A stretch of DNA of 64,000 nt from Antedon mediterranea (taxonomy: Eukaryota > Animalia > Echinodermata), in contig NC_092677.1 in the NCBI RefSeq assembly GCF_964355755.1, positions 18,250,101 to 18,314,100 on the forward strand. The letters run 5' to 3'. Positions 12,229-24,422 of this stretch are shown in pieces (position 1 is the stretch's first letter; every line of letters begins with the position of its first letter). Made by a program: the position numbers and the translations under genes. The notes under the pieces were generated by a model that worked only from the letters and a program-made list of their open reading frames with translations, searched no databases and was not told the DNA's origin.

Positions 12229-13112
12229 CAATGATGTTGCGTAGCACTGTGTAAATTATATATAAATCATACTGTAAATTATAGAAACAGTGCTCATATT
12301 CGGAACATGATCTCATAATCGCGTCGAGCATAGCTCATTGGCGAAAGTTCCGTATTTTTTAGTTGTATGAAAAAATGTCTCTGGCGGGATTTGAACCTGC
12401 AACCTCTCGCTTACAGGGCGAGTATCATACCACTAGACCACAGAGCCATGTATGGTATTATCACAGATTTTCACCCACCAGATACATTCTCTCATACAAC
12501 AAACGCCCTCACAATCAGTGGAGGCTTAACAAGCCCAACTTTAATTCGCAACGGTTTTTTAAATAATATTGTGTATATGTAAATCAATGATGTTGCGTAG
12601 CACTGTGTAAATTATATATAAATCATACTGTAAATTATAGAAACAGTGCTCATATTCGGAACATGATCTCATAATCGCGTCGAGCATAGCTCATTGGCGA
12701 AAGTTCCGTATTTTTTAGTTGTATGAAAAAATGTCTCTGGCGGGATTCGAACCTGCAACCTCTCGCTTACAGGGCGAGTATCATACCACTAGACCACAGA
12801 GCCATGTATGGTATTATCACAGATTTTCACCCACCAGATACATTCTCTCATACAACAAACGCCCTCACAATCAGTGGAGGCTTAACAAGTCAGAATAAAT
12901 TCCAACTTTAATTCGCAACGGTTTTTTAAATAATATTGTGTATATGTAAATCAATGATGTTGCGTAGCACTGTGTAAATAAATCATACTGTAAATTATAG
13001 AAACAGTGCTCATATTCGGAACATGATCTCATAATCGCGTCGAGCATAGCTCATTGGCGAAAGTTCCGTATTTTTTAGTTGTATGAAAAAATGTCTTTGG
13101 CGGGATTCGAAC
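12225..13112. repeat. ~356-bp tandem repeat, ~2.5 units, each with a tRNA-like segment
   Basis: AAATCAATGATGTTGCGTAGCACTG recurs at ~12225, ~12581 and ~12948. Confidence 0.9.
12376..12447 (-). pseudogene. tRNA-like sequence (anticodon TGT, Thr-like); second copy 12732-12803
   Basis: GGCTCTGTGGTCTAGTGGTATGATACTCGCCCTGTAAGCGAGAGGTTGCAGGTTC(A/G)AATCCCGCCAGAGACA followed by TTTTTT. A and B boxes present. C33 and stem mismatches suggest a pseudo-tRNA or SINE head. Confidence 0.65.
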
Positions 13113-14721
13113 CAAATCAACAAAGTGTTGAGCAAACTAAAAGTCAAAAGAAAAAACAACAAAAAAAGAAAAGGGAAAAGCTAAAAAAGAAGAGGAAACT
13201 AAACATAAGGAAGCAGTGAAAAAAACATCAGAAAAACCTAGTAGGCCTACAGCTACAGGAAGAATGCGGCCAATAACAGACTTCATGGTCTCAGGAAGTA
13301 GAGCTGAAATAACCAATGCTGAAGAAGAAGTCGCAACAATAGCAAGGCAGAACTTCGCATCCTCTAAACAGAAGAAAGCGGAGAAAAGAATGCTGAAAAA
13401 AGAGAAAAACAATCAGATTCAGTAAGTTGAATCTATAATGCCTATAATTACGTAATTGTTAACAATTACAACAGTTACTGTAAACAGTGTATAAAACAAT
13501 TTCACAAAACAAATTTAGCCTAAACAAAATAGAAACAAAATTAATAAATTTAAATGAAAGCAAAACAAAAAAACATCTCTCTACATTTAGTATCTTTGAA
13601 TGTAAGAGGCCTTCGAAATTATGATAAAAGAAGAAAAGTCTTTAAATGGCTTGAAGAACAAAGTGCTGGCATTGTGTTTCTGCAAGAAACCCATTTCGAC
13701 AATAATATTATAAGGCAAGACACACTGTGGAAAGGCAAAACCTACCACAGCTTTGGAACAACAAATAGTAAAGGAGTTTCTATCTAGTTTAGATGTTAAA
13801 GATATTAAACTCAAATTTACAGACGAAGAAGGTAGAATACTAATTTTAAGTTTCATTTTTAATGAAAAAGTAATAAATCTTATAAATGTGTACGCTCCTA
13901 ATAACTATAAAGAAAGAGAAATGTTCTTTAAGAAACTAGATAGAAAAATTGTCTCTCTTCGCAATGATAATGATGAACTCATTATAATGGGAGGAGATAT
14001 GAATTGTATTTTAGAACATAAAATAGATCAAAGAAATAGTACACCTATTAAAAATATGACAATTCATCGAATATCTTAAAAAAATTAATGAAAAATCACA
14101 ACTTAACTGATATATGGAGACAGTGCCACAGTGATAAAACACAATTTACCTGGAGGCGAAAGGATACTTTTCGTAGATTAGACTACTGGTGCGTATCTAG
14201 AGATCTCCAAAAAAATGGGGATATTCTTTCAACAGATAATATTAGGCCCTCCTTATTTTCTGACCATCAAGCAATCTCACTTAAACTCGTAAATACCAAC
14301 CAAGTGAAAGGTCCAGGAATTTTGAAAATAAATAATAGCATCTTAAATGATGATACATACGTAGAAAATATAATGCACATAATAGAAATTATTACAAATA
14401 ATGAAAACAATTTAAGTCCAGACCTTCAATGGGAATTCTTGAAAGTTAAAATAAAAAAAATCAGTCGTAGATACTGTACAAAGAAAAAAAAGGAAAGAAA
14501 CACCCAAAAAAATTATTTACTTAATGAAGTTGATGAACTAACTGATCAATTAAATGTTCCTACTCTGAAAATACAGACACAATATTATGAGATAAAATAA
14601 AACAGTTAGATGACATCTACCTTCTAGAAGCACATGGTGCGAAAATAAGGTCTAGAATCGAGTGGTTCGAAAAAGGTGAAAAGAATAACAAATTCTTTTT
14701 AGGATTAGAAAAAGCTAAAGC
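13113..14721 (+). mobile_element. L1/Tx1-clade LINE: ORF1 tail and ORF2 AP endonuclease (frameshifted)
   Basis: SLNVRGL, FLQETH, NVYAPN, GGDMN, DIWR..FTW, RLDYW, SDH, KIRSRIEWFEKGEKNNKFFLGLEK. Confidence 0.9.
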
Positions 14722-16697
14722 TTGCTTCAATGAATATTTTACTACTATTGCAGCAAATTTGGTCAGTAAATTTCCATCCCCTAAGAATGTGTATGAATGT
14801 ACGTCGTCCAAACTTAAGGATTTCTATAGAACCGTTAGTGGCAATAACTTTTTGCTCAACTCAGTGAACGAAGACTTTGTATATAGTGAATTAAACAAAC
14901 TTAATGCGACAAAAAGCACGGGTGTCGATAAGATACCTCCCCGCTTCATAAAAGATGGGGCTGAAATTCTAAAAGTTCCCATTACCTACATAATTAATTT
15001 ATCAATTAGTACCAGTACAGTCCCAGAAGACATGAAAAAGGCCAAGGTCATACCTCTTTATAAAAAAGGTAGTAGAACCGATATTAGAAACTATCGCCCT
15101 ATAAGTATACTCAGTACAATGTCTAAAATTTTAGAGAAGGCTATTTTTATTCAAATCGAAAAATACCTTACTGAAAACAACGTATTGTATAAATATCAAT
15201 CTGGATTTCGAGCTGTCTTCTCTACTGACACATGTTTGATAGACTTAGTTGATTCCCTTAAAACCCAAACTTCTAAGGGAAATTTCTCGGGTATGATGTT
15301 GGTCGATTTAAAGAAGGCTTTTGACACTATGATCATGATATTTTATGTAATAAGCTTAAATTAATGGGTATTGGATCTATTGAATGGTTCAAATCTTACT
15401 TGTCAATAAGAAAGCAAATAGTAACTGTTGATGATCATTGCTCTCAATCGTGTACTGTTACATGCGGGGTTCCTCAAGGAAGTATCCTTGGACCCCTTTT
15501 GTTCTTATGTTTTGTTAATGACATGGTAACTTGTATTGATCCTGATTGTAAACTCCTTCTATACGCTGATGACAGTGCAATTGTTTATTCACACAGAAAT
15601 CCAGATATTATTTCTAAGAAGCTAGGGTCAACACTAGACTCATTGTGTGATTGGCTTGTAGACAATAAATTAACAATTAACCTGGATAAAACTGAATGTA
15701 TACTATTTGGTTCTAAGAGAAAAACTAAAAATGTTAACAATTTTAATGTCTCAACAAACGGTAACAATATCAACACTAGTAATTGTGTCAAGTATCTGGG
15801 TATTGAAATAGATCAAAATTTAACGTGTTCTGAATATGCATGTAAAACCATTAAGAAAATAAATAATAGGCTTAAGTTTATGTACCGCCAACGTAAGATA
15901 CTAAGTTGTAAGAATCGTAAACTATTATGCTCTGCTCTCATCCAATGTGTTTTTGACTATGCTGCATCTTCTTGGTTCTGTGGAACCAGTAAAGCTATCC
16001 AAAAAAAACTACAAATTGCTCAAAACAAAATGGTTAGACTCATAAAAGGAGTTGAACCCAGAAGACATATAGGCGTTGATCCATTAGACGATTATGGATT
16101 GTTAAATGTAAAATATCGAGTAAAGTTCTTGCAAATTAGCCAAGTTCATAAGATATTTATGGGCAGAAGTGCTTCATACCTAAATGAAAACTTTCGTAGA
16201 GTTAATAACTTACATGGTCACTTCACTCGTGGTAGTAAACTCAATTTCATTGTACCTAAAGTCCAAGGCATAGAATGCAATACATTCTATTTTAATGCAA
16301 TCAGAGAATGGAATAACCTTCCTGACTATATTAAACAAATTTCTAACACATCTAAATTTAAAACTGAATTGAAACAATATTTCAAAATTAAACATAGATG
16401 AATTATTATTGTGCCATTATATCAGATGTTTTGCTTATATATTTATGAACCCCGTCTCATAATGTTTGTTTTGTAAAAATTATAATTATTATCTTTTTAG
16501 GGACCACATTGGAATTAAGTTGTTTTACTTTAAACGACTTTATGTGTTTTCCCGTGGATCTTCAGACTTCATTAATCCCGCCATTTTTATTTGCTTTTTT
16601 GATGTATTTTAATATTTAAGGTGATAATATATATTATTGATGTATTTTTAATGTTATGTATTGAGATGCCAAATAAATGAAAGAAAGAAAGAAAGAA
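14722..16697 (+). mobile_element. 5'-truncated CR1/L2-group LINE (Crack/Daphne-like) nested in the Tx1 element
   Basis: ORFs 14759-15364 and 15364-16401 joined by a 1-nt frameshift near 15330. NYRPISIL, PQGSILGP, YADD. AATAAA plus (GAAA)n tail. AAAGC duplicated at 14717-14721 and 16698-16702. Confidence 0.9.
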
Positions 16698-17394
16698 AAA
16701 GCAAAAAGAAAACAAATTAACACTGTATTAAAAAGAAATGGTAAATATACTTCAAATAACGAAGAAAGTTATCTACAACACAAAAAAGAGGTATAATAAA
16801 CCTTCTATATAAAAAAGGACAAAGAGAAAACTTAGAAAACTGGAGACCGATTACTCTTCTTAATGTCGATTATAAAATATTAGCAAATGTATTAGCTAAC
16901 AGATTAAAAAATGTGATAGGATCTACAGTAAATGAAGATCAAAAAGGATATGTAAAAAAAAGGTTTGGAGGAGACTGGTAAATGACATACTAGAATACAC
17001 AAAAGCAAACAATATGACAGGTGCTATTGTTTTTCTTGATTATGCGAAAGCTTTCGATTCAATAGACAGAATACTACTGGGTAGGGTTATGTATAAAGAA
17101 ACAGAATGTGTAATAGTAAACAAACGGATGGTTGTCAGAAAAGTTTAAAATGGAATGTGGCGTGAGGCAAGGTTGCCCATTATCTGCTTTGCTATTTATT
17201 CTAATAATGGCAGTAAATATCAGAAATAATCCTAAATGTATAGGAATTACGTTACCTAATAGCACTGACGATGATGATAATAATATCGTTAAAATTGCTC
17301 AATCCGTACTTTTTTCAAATGATGAAGGTAGTTTAAAATATTCCTTTAATGAGATTGAGTCATTTTGTAGTGTTTCAGGGTTAAAATTAAATAG
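16698..17394 (+). mobile_element. Continuation of the L1/Tx1 ORF2 (decayed RT)
   Basis: NWRPITLLNVDYKILA, FLDYAKAFDSID, GVRQGCPLSALLF. Confidence 0.85.
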
Positions 17395-17640
17395 AACAAG
17401 GCCAACAGCCATTAAGTCGCGTGCTACAATGCATAGTGATACCGGACCGACAGACAGACCGACAGACCGACAGACAGACAGACAGAGAGACCGACCGACC
17501 GACATAGTGAACTATACTGACCGAAATTACTGAACATGTTTAAAAATGTTGAAATGTTTAAAAACATTTATTTTTTTTTAATTTACACGTGCGTAGCCTG
17601 TCACTTTCGACGTGCTCGTATAACGTAATTTCGAGTTGAA
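17395..17640 (+). mobile_element. HINE family A, partial
   Basis: Matches the first ~250 bp of 22657-23437. Confidence 0.75.
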
Positions 17641-17649
17641 AACAAACAA

Positions 17650-18570
17650 ACTAGCCTTCGCGCATAGCGCGATACTTGGCCAAATCAAAATTGGCCTCCT
17701 AAACACACTTGACCCGATTTTCACCAAAAGTGTGTGTCTTAATGCTGTGTGATTTAGGCTAATTTTACTACAATCCTGTGTATACAAGTTTAGTGTACAG
17801 GTTATGTAACCAGCCTTTCAACGAACAATAGCTTCAGTCGGCTAACAATAGAACAGCAACGCGAAAAACACACGGGTGAATTTGAAAAGAAATAGGTATT
17901 GTAAACTACTCGCATCAAAAAACCTCTATATTAAATCTAATTAAGTTTTAAAATTACAAATCACAATTTATAACTCTTGCCTCTTGTACAAAAATGGAGT
18001 TTTTTGGACAAGTAGTTCTCGAGAAAATGCAATTTAAGTTTACTTGTTAATTTAAGACTGCTCACCGGCTTTTTATAATTCTGTCCTATCTTTTAACACT
18101 AGCAGGTCTGAACATAATTTTTAAAAGTGGCCCAGAATTGGAACCATGGTCCGGATTTTAACCAAAATTGGGCGGTGTCTTCCTTGCACCAGGTGACATG
18201 TATGGTAGTAATTTGAAGTCATTCGAATTAAAACTGTGAGCGCTAGAGTGATGACAAACAAACAAACAAACACACAAACCGCACCAATCAACATACTTGG
18301 CCAATTTTCAATTTGGCCAAGTAACAAACAAACACACACACAAACCAAACAGATCAACATACTTGGCCAATTTTCAATTTGGCCAAGTAACAAACAAACA
18401 AACACACACACAAACCGCACCAATCAACATACTTGGCCAATTTTCAATTTGGCCAAGTAACAAACACACACACAAACCGCACCAATCAACATACTTGGCC
18501 AATTTTCAATTTGGCCAAGTAACAAACACACGCTACCGATTACATATACCTCCTTGGCGGAGGTAAATAA
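17650..18570 (-). mobile_element. Helentron-type element family B with internal ~60-bp tandem hairpin repeats
   Basis: Four units containing TACTTGGCCAA-TTTTCAAT-TTGGCCAAGTA (18245-18530). Terminal TACCTCCTTGGCGGAGGTA is the reverse complement of the start of 35671. Confidence 0.65.
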
Positions 18571-19039
18571 ATAATATTTATTATAATAATAACAACAACA
18601 GTAGTAATGACAATAATAACTATAGTAATGATAACAAGAATTTTAAATGCAAATATGTATATGTTTGTATGATGTAGTATGTTTAAGCGGATATTAGCCA
18701 TTGATGGCATTTGCAGCAATAAAGAAATTGAATTGAATTGAATTATTAGTTATAAGTATCCTCCATTAGTCTGAACTATAATTGTTGATGTAAGATGTGG
18801 GTTTCTTAATATTTTTACAAAATGTTTTGGTATGTATCGATGACCCTTGAAATACTCTATAATTATTCACTCTAGTTCCGCGAACTTTGACCGGACAAGG
18901 TAGAGGAGGACATGTTGGTGCAATAACAACTCAATTAGACAGGTATTACGTATTAAAATCTGTTTTTTTAAAAAATATTTATGACTGTCCCTTTAATTGA
19001 ATTTAAATAGGGAACTAGGAACTAGTAACCAACTTCACA

Positions 19040-20087
19040 CACATCCTGGGTAAGGAGATTACTAAACGCGGTGTATAACAGAGCACTTTGGATATTTCTA
19101 TATTATTAAATTGTAGTAGGTTACTTTATCCGAATACTGAATTAGGATTGAAGTTGTTAACTTTAAAGGTTGCTGTTTTAATTGCTGTTTTGACAGCAAG
19201 TAGAACACAGACATTGACATGTTTAGATCTACATTGTACGACAAAACATTCAACATAATATACATTTGTGTTAGGTAGATCAGACTTAAAGCAGAGCAGA
19301 CCAGGCTATAATCCTCCACCAATTACTTTACGGCGATACTCTGTAGATCCAAAGTTATTCGTTTATGAGGTTTTGGAGGAATATTTAAATTGTACTAACA
19401 TATTGAGACAGGGTACATCTAAGTTATTTATAAGTTACATGAAGTAACAGCATCTACTATCAGTAGGAGGTGTATTAAAACATTAATGACTAAGGCAGGT
19501 ATTGATGTTATAGTTTCCGCACAGTGTTATGTCGGCGGCAACATCGCACGTCTTTGCGGCAGGAGTTTCTGTGCACTAAATAATTAGTTTAGTAGGGTGG
19601 AGTAATGAGGAAACTTTTTCCAATAAGAAGGTAGATAAAGCAAAGTCGTTTGGTGACCTAATTTTGGGAAATTAAGTACTTCATAACCATCAAGAAGATT
19701 TGCTATGATGACAATAGTGTTTATTGTCATTAAGTATTTATTGTTTTGAATGAATTTGGTTTGATTTTATTTTCATTTGTCAAAATCATGACACGGTTCC
19801 AATTAATTTGAAGTCGCATGGAATTCCGTCTCACAGTCGGAGGGCAGTGTAGAATTAACCAATTAAGCGAGACTGTCTCCGGTCTTGAGAATAGGAATTA
19901 CATGCCTCACCCTCTCACCCATTTTACAATTAACAGGGATTTATTAATTTTATGATGTCTGTAACCGTGTCATAATCGTCTGGTTTACGCATGCGCGATC
20001 ACATCCCATGTAATTCCTAATCTCAAGACCGGAGGACAGTGTAGAACCACAACCAAACTTTAACTTACAGGTAAGTCTCGTTTAATT
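19040..20087 (+). mobile_element. DIRS-like retrotransposon remnant (tyrosine recombinase plus terminal complementary repeats)
   Basis: Broken frames LTLKVAVLIAVLTASRTQTL, KQSRPGYNPPPI, KAGIDV, HSVMSAATS..AGVS..GWSNEETF. Inverted repeats 19878-19904/20007-20033 and 19861-19874/20074-20087. Confidence 0.75.
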
Positions 20088-20099
20088 GTTTATACTATA

Positions 20100-20188
20100 T
20101 TATAGTTCACTATGTCGGTCTGTCGGTCTGTCTGTCGGTCCGGTATCACTATGCGTTTTAGCACGCTACTTATGGCTGTTGGCCTTGT
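20100..20188 (-). mobile_element. HINE family A, short copy
   Basis: TATAGTTCACTATGTCGG...GGCTGTTGGCCTTGTT. Confidence 0.7.
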
Positions 20189-20760
20189 TAATTTTAGAAT
20201 ATGTTCTTATCGAATTATCTGGTGATACTATAACTTCTGATAACAGACAATTTGCCTTCATGTCTAACCATTGTACAGAAACTTGTATTTATTAAATACT
20301 ACTATAGTAACGGTAACACCGTCTACAGTATGTATACTACCTCAATGCTTCAAAAGCTGTTGATAGGATGAACCATTGGACACGTTTTAATAAATTAATT
20401 ATTAATGGTATTCCATGACCAATTGTTAGAGTACTAATATCAAAATCTTAAAATATGTTGACTTGAATGCTTTAAGGCCTCGATGTTGTAGTGCCAGCCT
20501 CATGTTTACGGAATGTAGAATTCATTCTTTTTATGAATTGTTAAGAAAATCGACATATGGCCTGATAGACTGAATTCAAGTGAATTAGTTTCAACGATTA
20601 TATGCAACGTCTTATTTAAGTCAAAGATGCTCTCCAGGTAGAATGCCATCCTGAGATGAGTAGTAGTAATTAGTCTTGGTTATTTTTATTTCATTTCTAT
20701 ATAATTTTTACTTTCTATGGACCAGAGAATCCGAAATAAAACAGATTGAATTGAATTAAA
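20189..20760 (+). mobile_element. Highly decayed LINE RT fragment with AATAAA and (TTGAA)n tail
   Basis: QFAFMSNHCTETCIY and NASKAVDRMNHW resemble RT motifs. Tail at 20735-20760. Confidence 0.5.
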
Positions 20761-20832
20761 TAAATTCACAATTAACATGATTTACTAACATTTAAATTTG
20801 TAAAAGTAAGAAAAAACATTAGAAAACACTTT

Positions 20833-20889
20833 GTCAAACCAACAAATGCATTTTCAGGCAATTTAATAATGACGTTACTCCCTAAATCC
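20833..20889 (-). pseudogene. Dead LRR exon (DLGSNVIIKLPENAFVGLT..)
   Basis: Paralogous to 22420-22491, but the acceptor AG has become CG and the exon 3' end and donor are deleted. Confidence 0.8.
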
Positions 20890-22267
20890 CGTAAAAATAA
20901 AAACATAAAAACTTGGTAGTGGACAAGTTGAGGTTTTCTTCTTTGGGAAAATAGTTATGTGTATATTTATATAGTTGTGTGTATGTCAGTGTATAAAATA
21001 GTGTCCGTAAAATAATGTGTATGTATTGTTTTAGTGAGTATCGGTGAAAATTAGAGATTGTCGATAACGGAAACAAACAGTTGACCAATAATCAATCCTT
21101 TACAATGAGCAGAAACGTGATAGCCTCTAGAAAAGAGACAAATAGTACATACATTATGTGGACTAAAATTAGCATAGCTGATGTAAATGTAAACACAAAA
21201 TCGATGTTATCAAATAATGCTCGATTGAAAAATGTGGCTAGCTCAACTAAATATAAATATTGTGGAACATCTCACACATTGATTCAATGACGTAAACAAA
21301 GACTTCACACTAACAAGAAACAAAACATCTTTTAACAAAATTATGAATAATAAAGTAATATAACGTGGATATGTTGTCAAATTAAAAAAAAATATTCCTT
21401 TCTACAATTTTCTTTTTTGTTGACATCTTAAATTCAATATTTTATAAAATACCGTTCGTTGTAATGTTAATGTTGGCAAATTTAAATAGCGCTTTTATCT
21501 ATTTTTAATTAGGCCTATATTAACTAATCCTTTTATTTTTCATCGTATCATTTTCATTTCTATAATTTCTAAAAAATATTAATTATAAAATGATTTAACC
21601 TATAGAAGGTCCATAACAATACGAACGTTAGATCATTATAAAAAAAATGTAAAGTTTATCGATAAAGTCGATAATTCTATTTTTGTCTTGATTTGGTAGT
21701 TTTCTTATGTTTACGAATTATTTTTGCTTCGGTTAAGGGGGATTGGTCGGCTGATGTTAAGATGTTAATAATTTGTATGATTTAACTTTGTAATTTATTT
21801 TTTTAAATATTTTCTTTGGTCTATGTAACAAGGGAAAGTATTCTACAAATTCAGACTCGACTCAACATAGCTGAACTGGAATTAAGCACATTTTGTTTAG
21901 GATTTCTTGAAATTAATGATGATGTGAGATAAAACAAGAAACTATGTAAAGTTTGTAACAGGAATGACATTGAAGATGAGTACCACTTCCTGTTAATGTG
22001 TTAATACAACTTAAAACTATCGTTTGCTTTATTTTACACACTAAATTAACAAACCCTTTAACCTTTCCACGTATTATTGCTAAAGTATACTAATATTTAA
22101 CATATTATAATACATCAGCACGTTATCCTGACGGTATTAATTTAACAGCTAAACCTCCCTTAAAGGTTAACATGATTTACTTACCATTGTAAATAGCAAC
22201 CATTTAAGTGTAATTAAAATTAATTTTAAATAAAAGACAAAAAAAAAAAGAAGAGCAAAACACTTAC

Positions 22268-22339
22268 AGTTTTACCAATGATTTTAAACCACTAAATGCA
22301 TTTGTAGGCAGTACTGCTATTTCGTTTTCTTGTAAATAC
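22268..22339 (-). CDS. LRR exon 6: YLQENEIAVLPTNAFSGLKSLVKL
   Basis: 72 nt, AG / GTAAGT, phase 2/2. Confidence 0.85.
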
Positions 22340-22419
22340 CTTTAACAAAATACAAGAAGAGTACATAAACAAAGCTTTTAAATTTGTACAATTAAGAAAC
22401 AACATTAGAAAACACTTAC

Positions 22420-22491
22420 AGTTTAACCAATGAAGTCAAACCAACAAATGCATTTTCAGGCAATGTAGTAATGCCGTTACTTCTTAAATCC
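22420..22491 (-). CDS. LRR exon 5: DLRSNGITTLPENAFVGLTSLVKL
   Basis: 72 nt, AG / GTAAGT, phase 2/2. 80-nt intron to exon 6. Confidence 0.85.
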
Positions 22492-22656
22492 CTTCAAAAT
22501 AAAAACATGAACACTTGGTAAATAACAGTTCACGATTTGAGGGATTCTTCGTTGGAGAAAATAGTTATCGTTTGGTGTGTATGTCAGTGGATAAATAGTG
22601 ACCGTAACATAATTTGTAACTGTATGTGTATTATTATTTTGTATTACTTATCAATA

Positions 22657-23437
22657 AACAAGGCCAACAGCCATTAAGTCGCGTGCTACAATGCATAGTG
22701 ATACCGGACCGACAGACAGACCGACAGACAGACAGACAGAGAGACCGACCGACCGACAGAGAGACCGACCGACCGACATAGTGAACTATACTGACCGAAA
22801 TTACTGAACATGTTTAAAAATGTTGAAATGTTTAAAAACATTTATTTTTTTTTAATTTACACGTGCGTAGCCTGTCACTTTCGACGTGCTCGTATAACGT
22901 AATTTCGAGTTGAAAAGTAAGTCAAGAAAACAGAAATCGGGCAAAAAGAGTGCGCAATAACATTTAACGCGCAGTGCGCGCGCAAAAATATGTGCACTCA
23001 TGGCAATTTTGTAAACGCTTAAAATTGCCTGAAATGTACTCTAATTTAATCGAAAAGAAATTTTGAAAATGTTAAGCGCGCGTACGCATGCGTTACATGC
23101 GCTACGCACGTAATTGTATTTATGAAATTTATGAGTACCAAATTTTATTTAATTGTGATTCATGGTTGTGAAGATATGATTACAAACGTGATTTCGTTAA
23201 ATCGTGCGTAGACCGCGTAATTTTTTATTGCGCACCGTGAAAACATAACCACATTGATTCCTGGCCATAAGGAATATACTGTGAAAAATTGACCTAGCTA
23301 GATTAAACTGATATCAAGATAAGGTCAGAAAGCGATAAAACGCATAGTGATACCGGACCGACAGACAGACAGACCGACAGACAGACCGACAGGCAGACCG
23401 ACCGACCAACATAGTGAACTATAACTAACTACTAAAA
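22657..23437 (+). mobile_element. HINE family A, long copy
   Basis: Reverse complement of 4610-5369. Absent from the paralogous intron at ~37530. Confidence 0.8.
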
Positions 23438-24422
23438 ATGAGAGTCGAATAAGCGTTAAAAAAATTATTCAAATTAAAATGCAAAGTTTATCAACTGAAG
23501 TAATAGGTCGTTACTGTATATAATCGCTAACATAGAAAACGTTTCTAAAACGGAGAGATACACTATATCAAATTTTAATAAAATCTTGAAGAAAATTGAC
23601 CAATAATCAATCCCTTAGGCCTACTTTAAACAGAAACTTTGCAGGAGCGCGAGTAAAGCTTATCATTGTAACTAACGATAAACGTTTCTCAAAAACTGTT
23701 CAAGGGGAGTCGGCTATATAGTTTTTAATTTTTATGAGTTAAGCTTTATACAGTAATTGATTTGTTATAGGTAGCCTTTAGAAAAGAGAAAAATAGTACA
23801 CATCTGGAATCAAATCAACACCAACACAGCTGATGTAATTTGAGGGTATACAATAATAATAATAATTATTATTATTATTATTTATTGAAGTATAAAACAA
23901 ATAAAGAGAGCATTTTAAACACAAATCAGTAAACCGAAAAATGCTCGATAAAAAGTTAATAATATGGAACCTGTCATACATAGATTGTCCCAAATAAAAA
24001 AAAAATGGGAGAAAAACAGATTGAATTGCAACGAACTGAAAAGATGGCCTTAAAAAGGATTTTGAAAAGTTTGATAGAAGGTGCACTATTATTATTATTA
24101 TGAAGTGAATTAGGAAGACAGTTTAGGAACTTCAAAAGCTCGATTAGGCGACTAGGTGGAACAAAAAAGTATAGATGTACTACCGGTAGTAGTCGACCTA
24201 AGAAATCGTTTATAAACTGAAGATCTACATTATAATGAAGGTGGAAATATATAGCGGTGAAGTGAGGTTTATGTAATTAACATTTGTTAATTGGATATAA
24301 TTCGCTGTTTAATTAGAAGCCAGTGTTGTGTACAGTGTGTAATATTGGTGTAAAGTAAGTAAATCTTCAAATGCCGGATGTAAGGCGAGTTGCAGTAGTT
24401 AAACAAAGTTGTAATTTATTAA

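Noticed and set aside
18245-18530. Palindromic repeats resembling a CRISPR array
   Set aside because: The intervening sequences are near-identical microsatellites, there are no cas genes, and the context is a eukaryotic TE.
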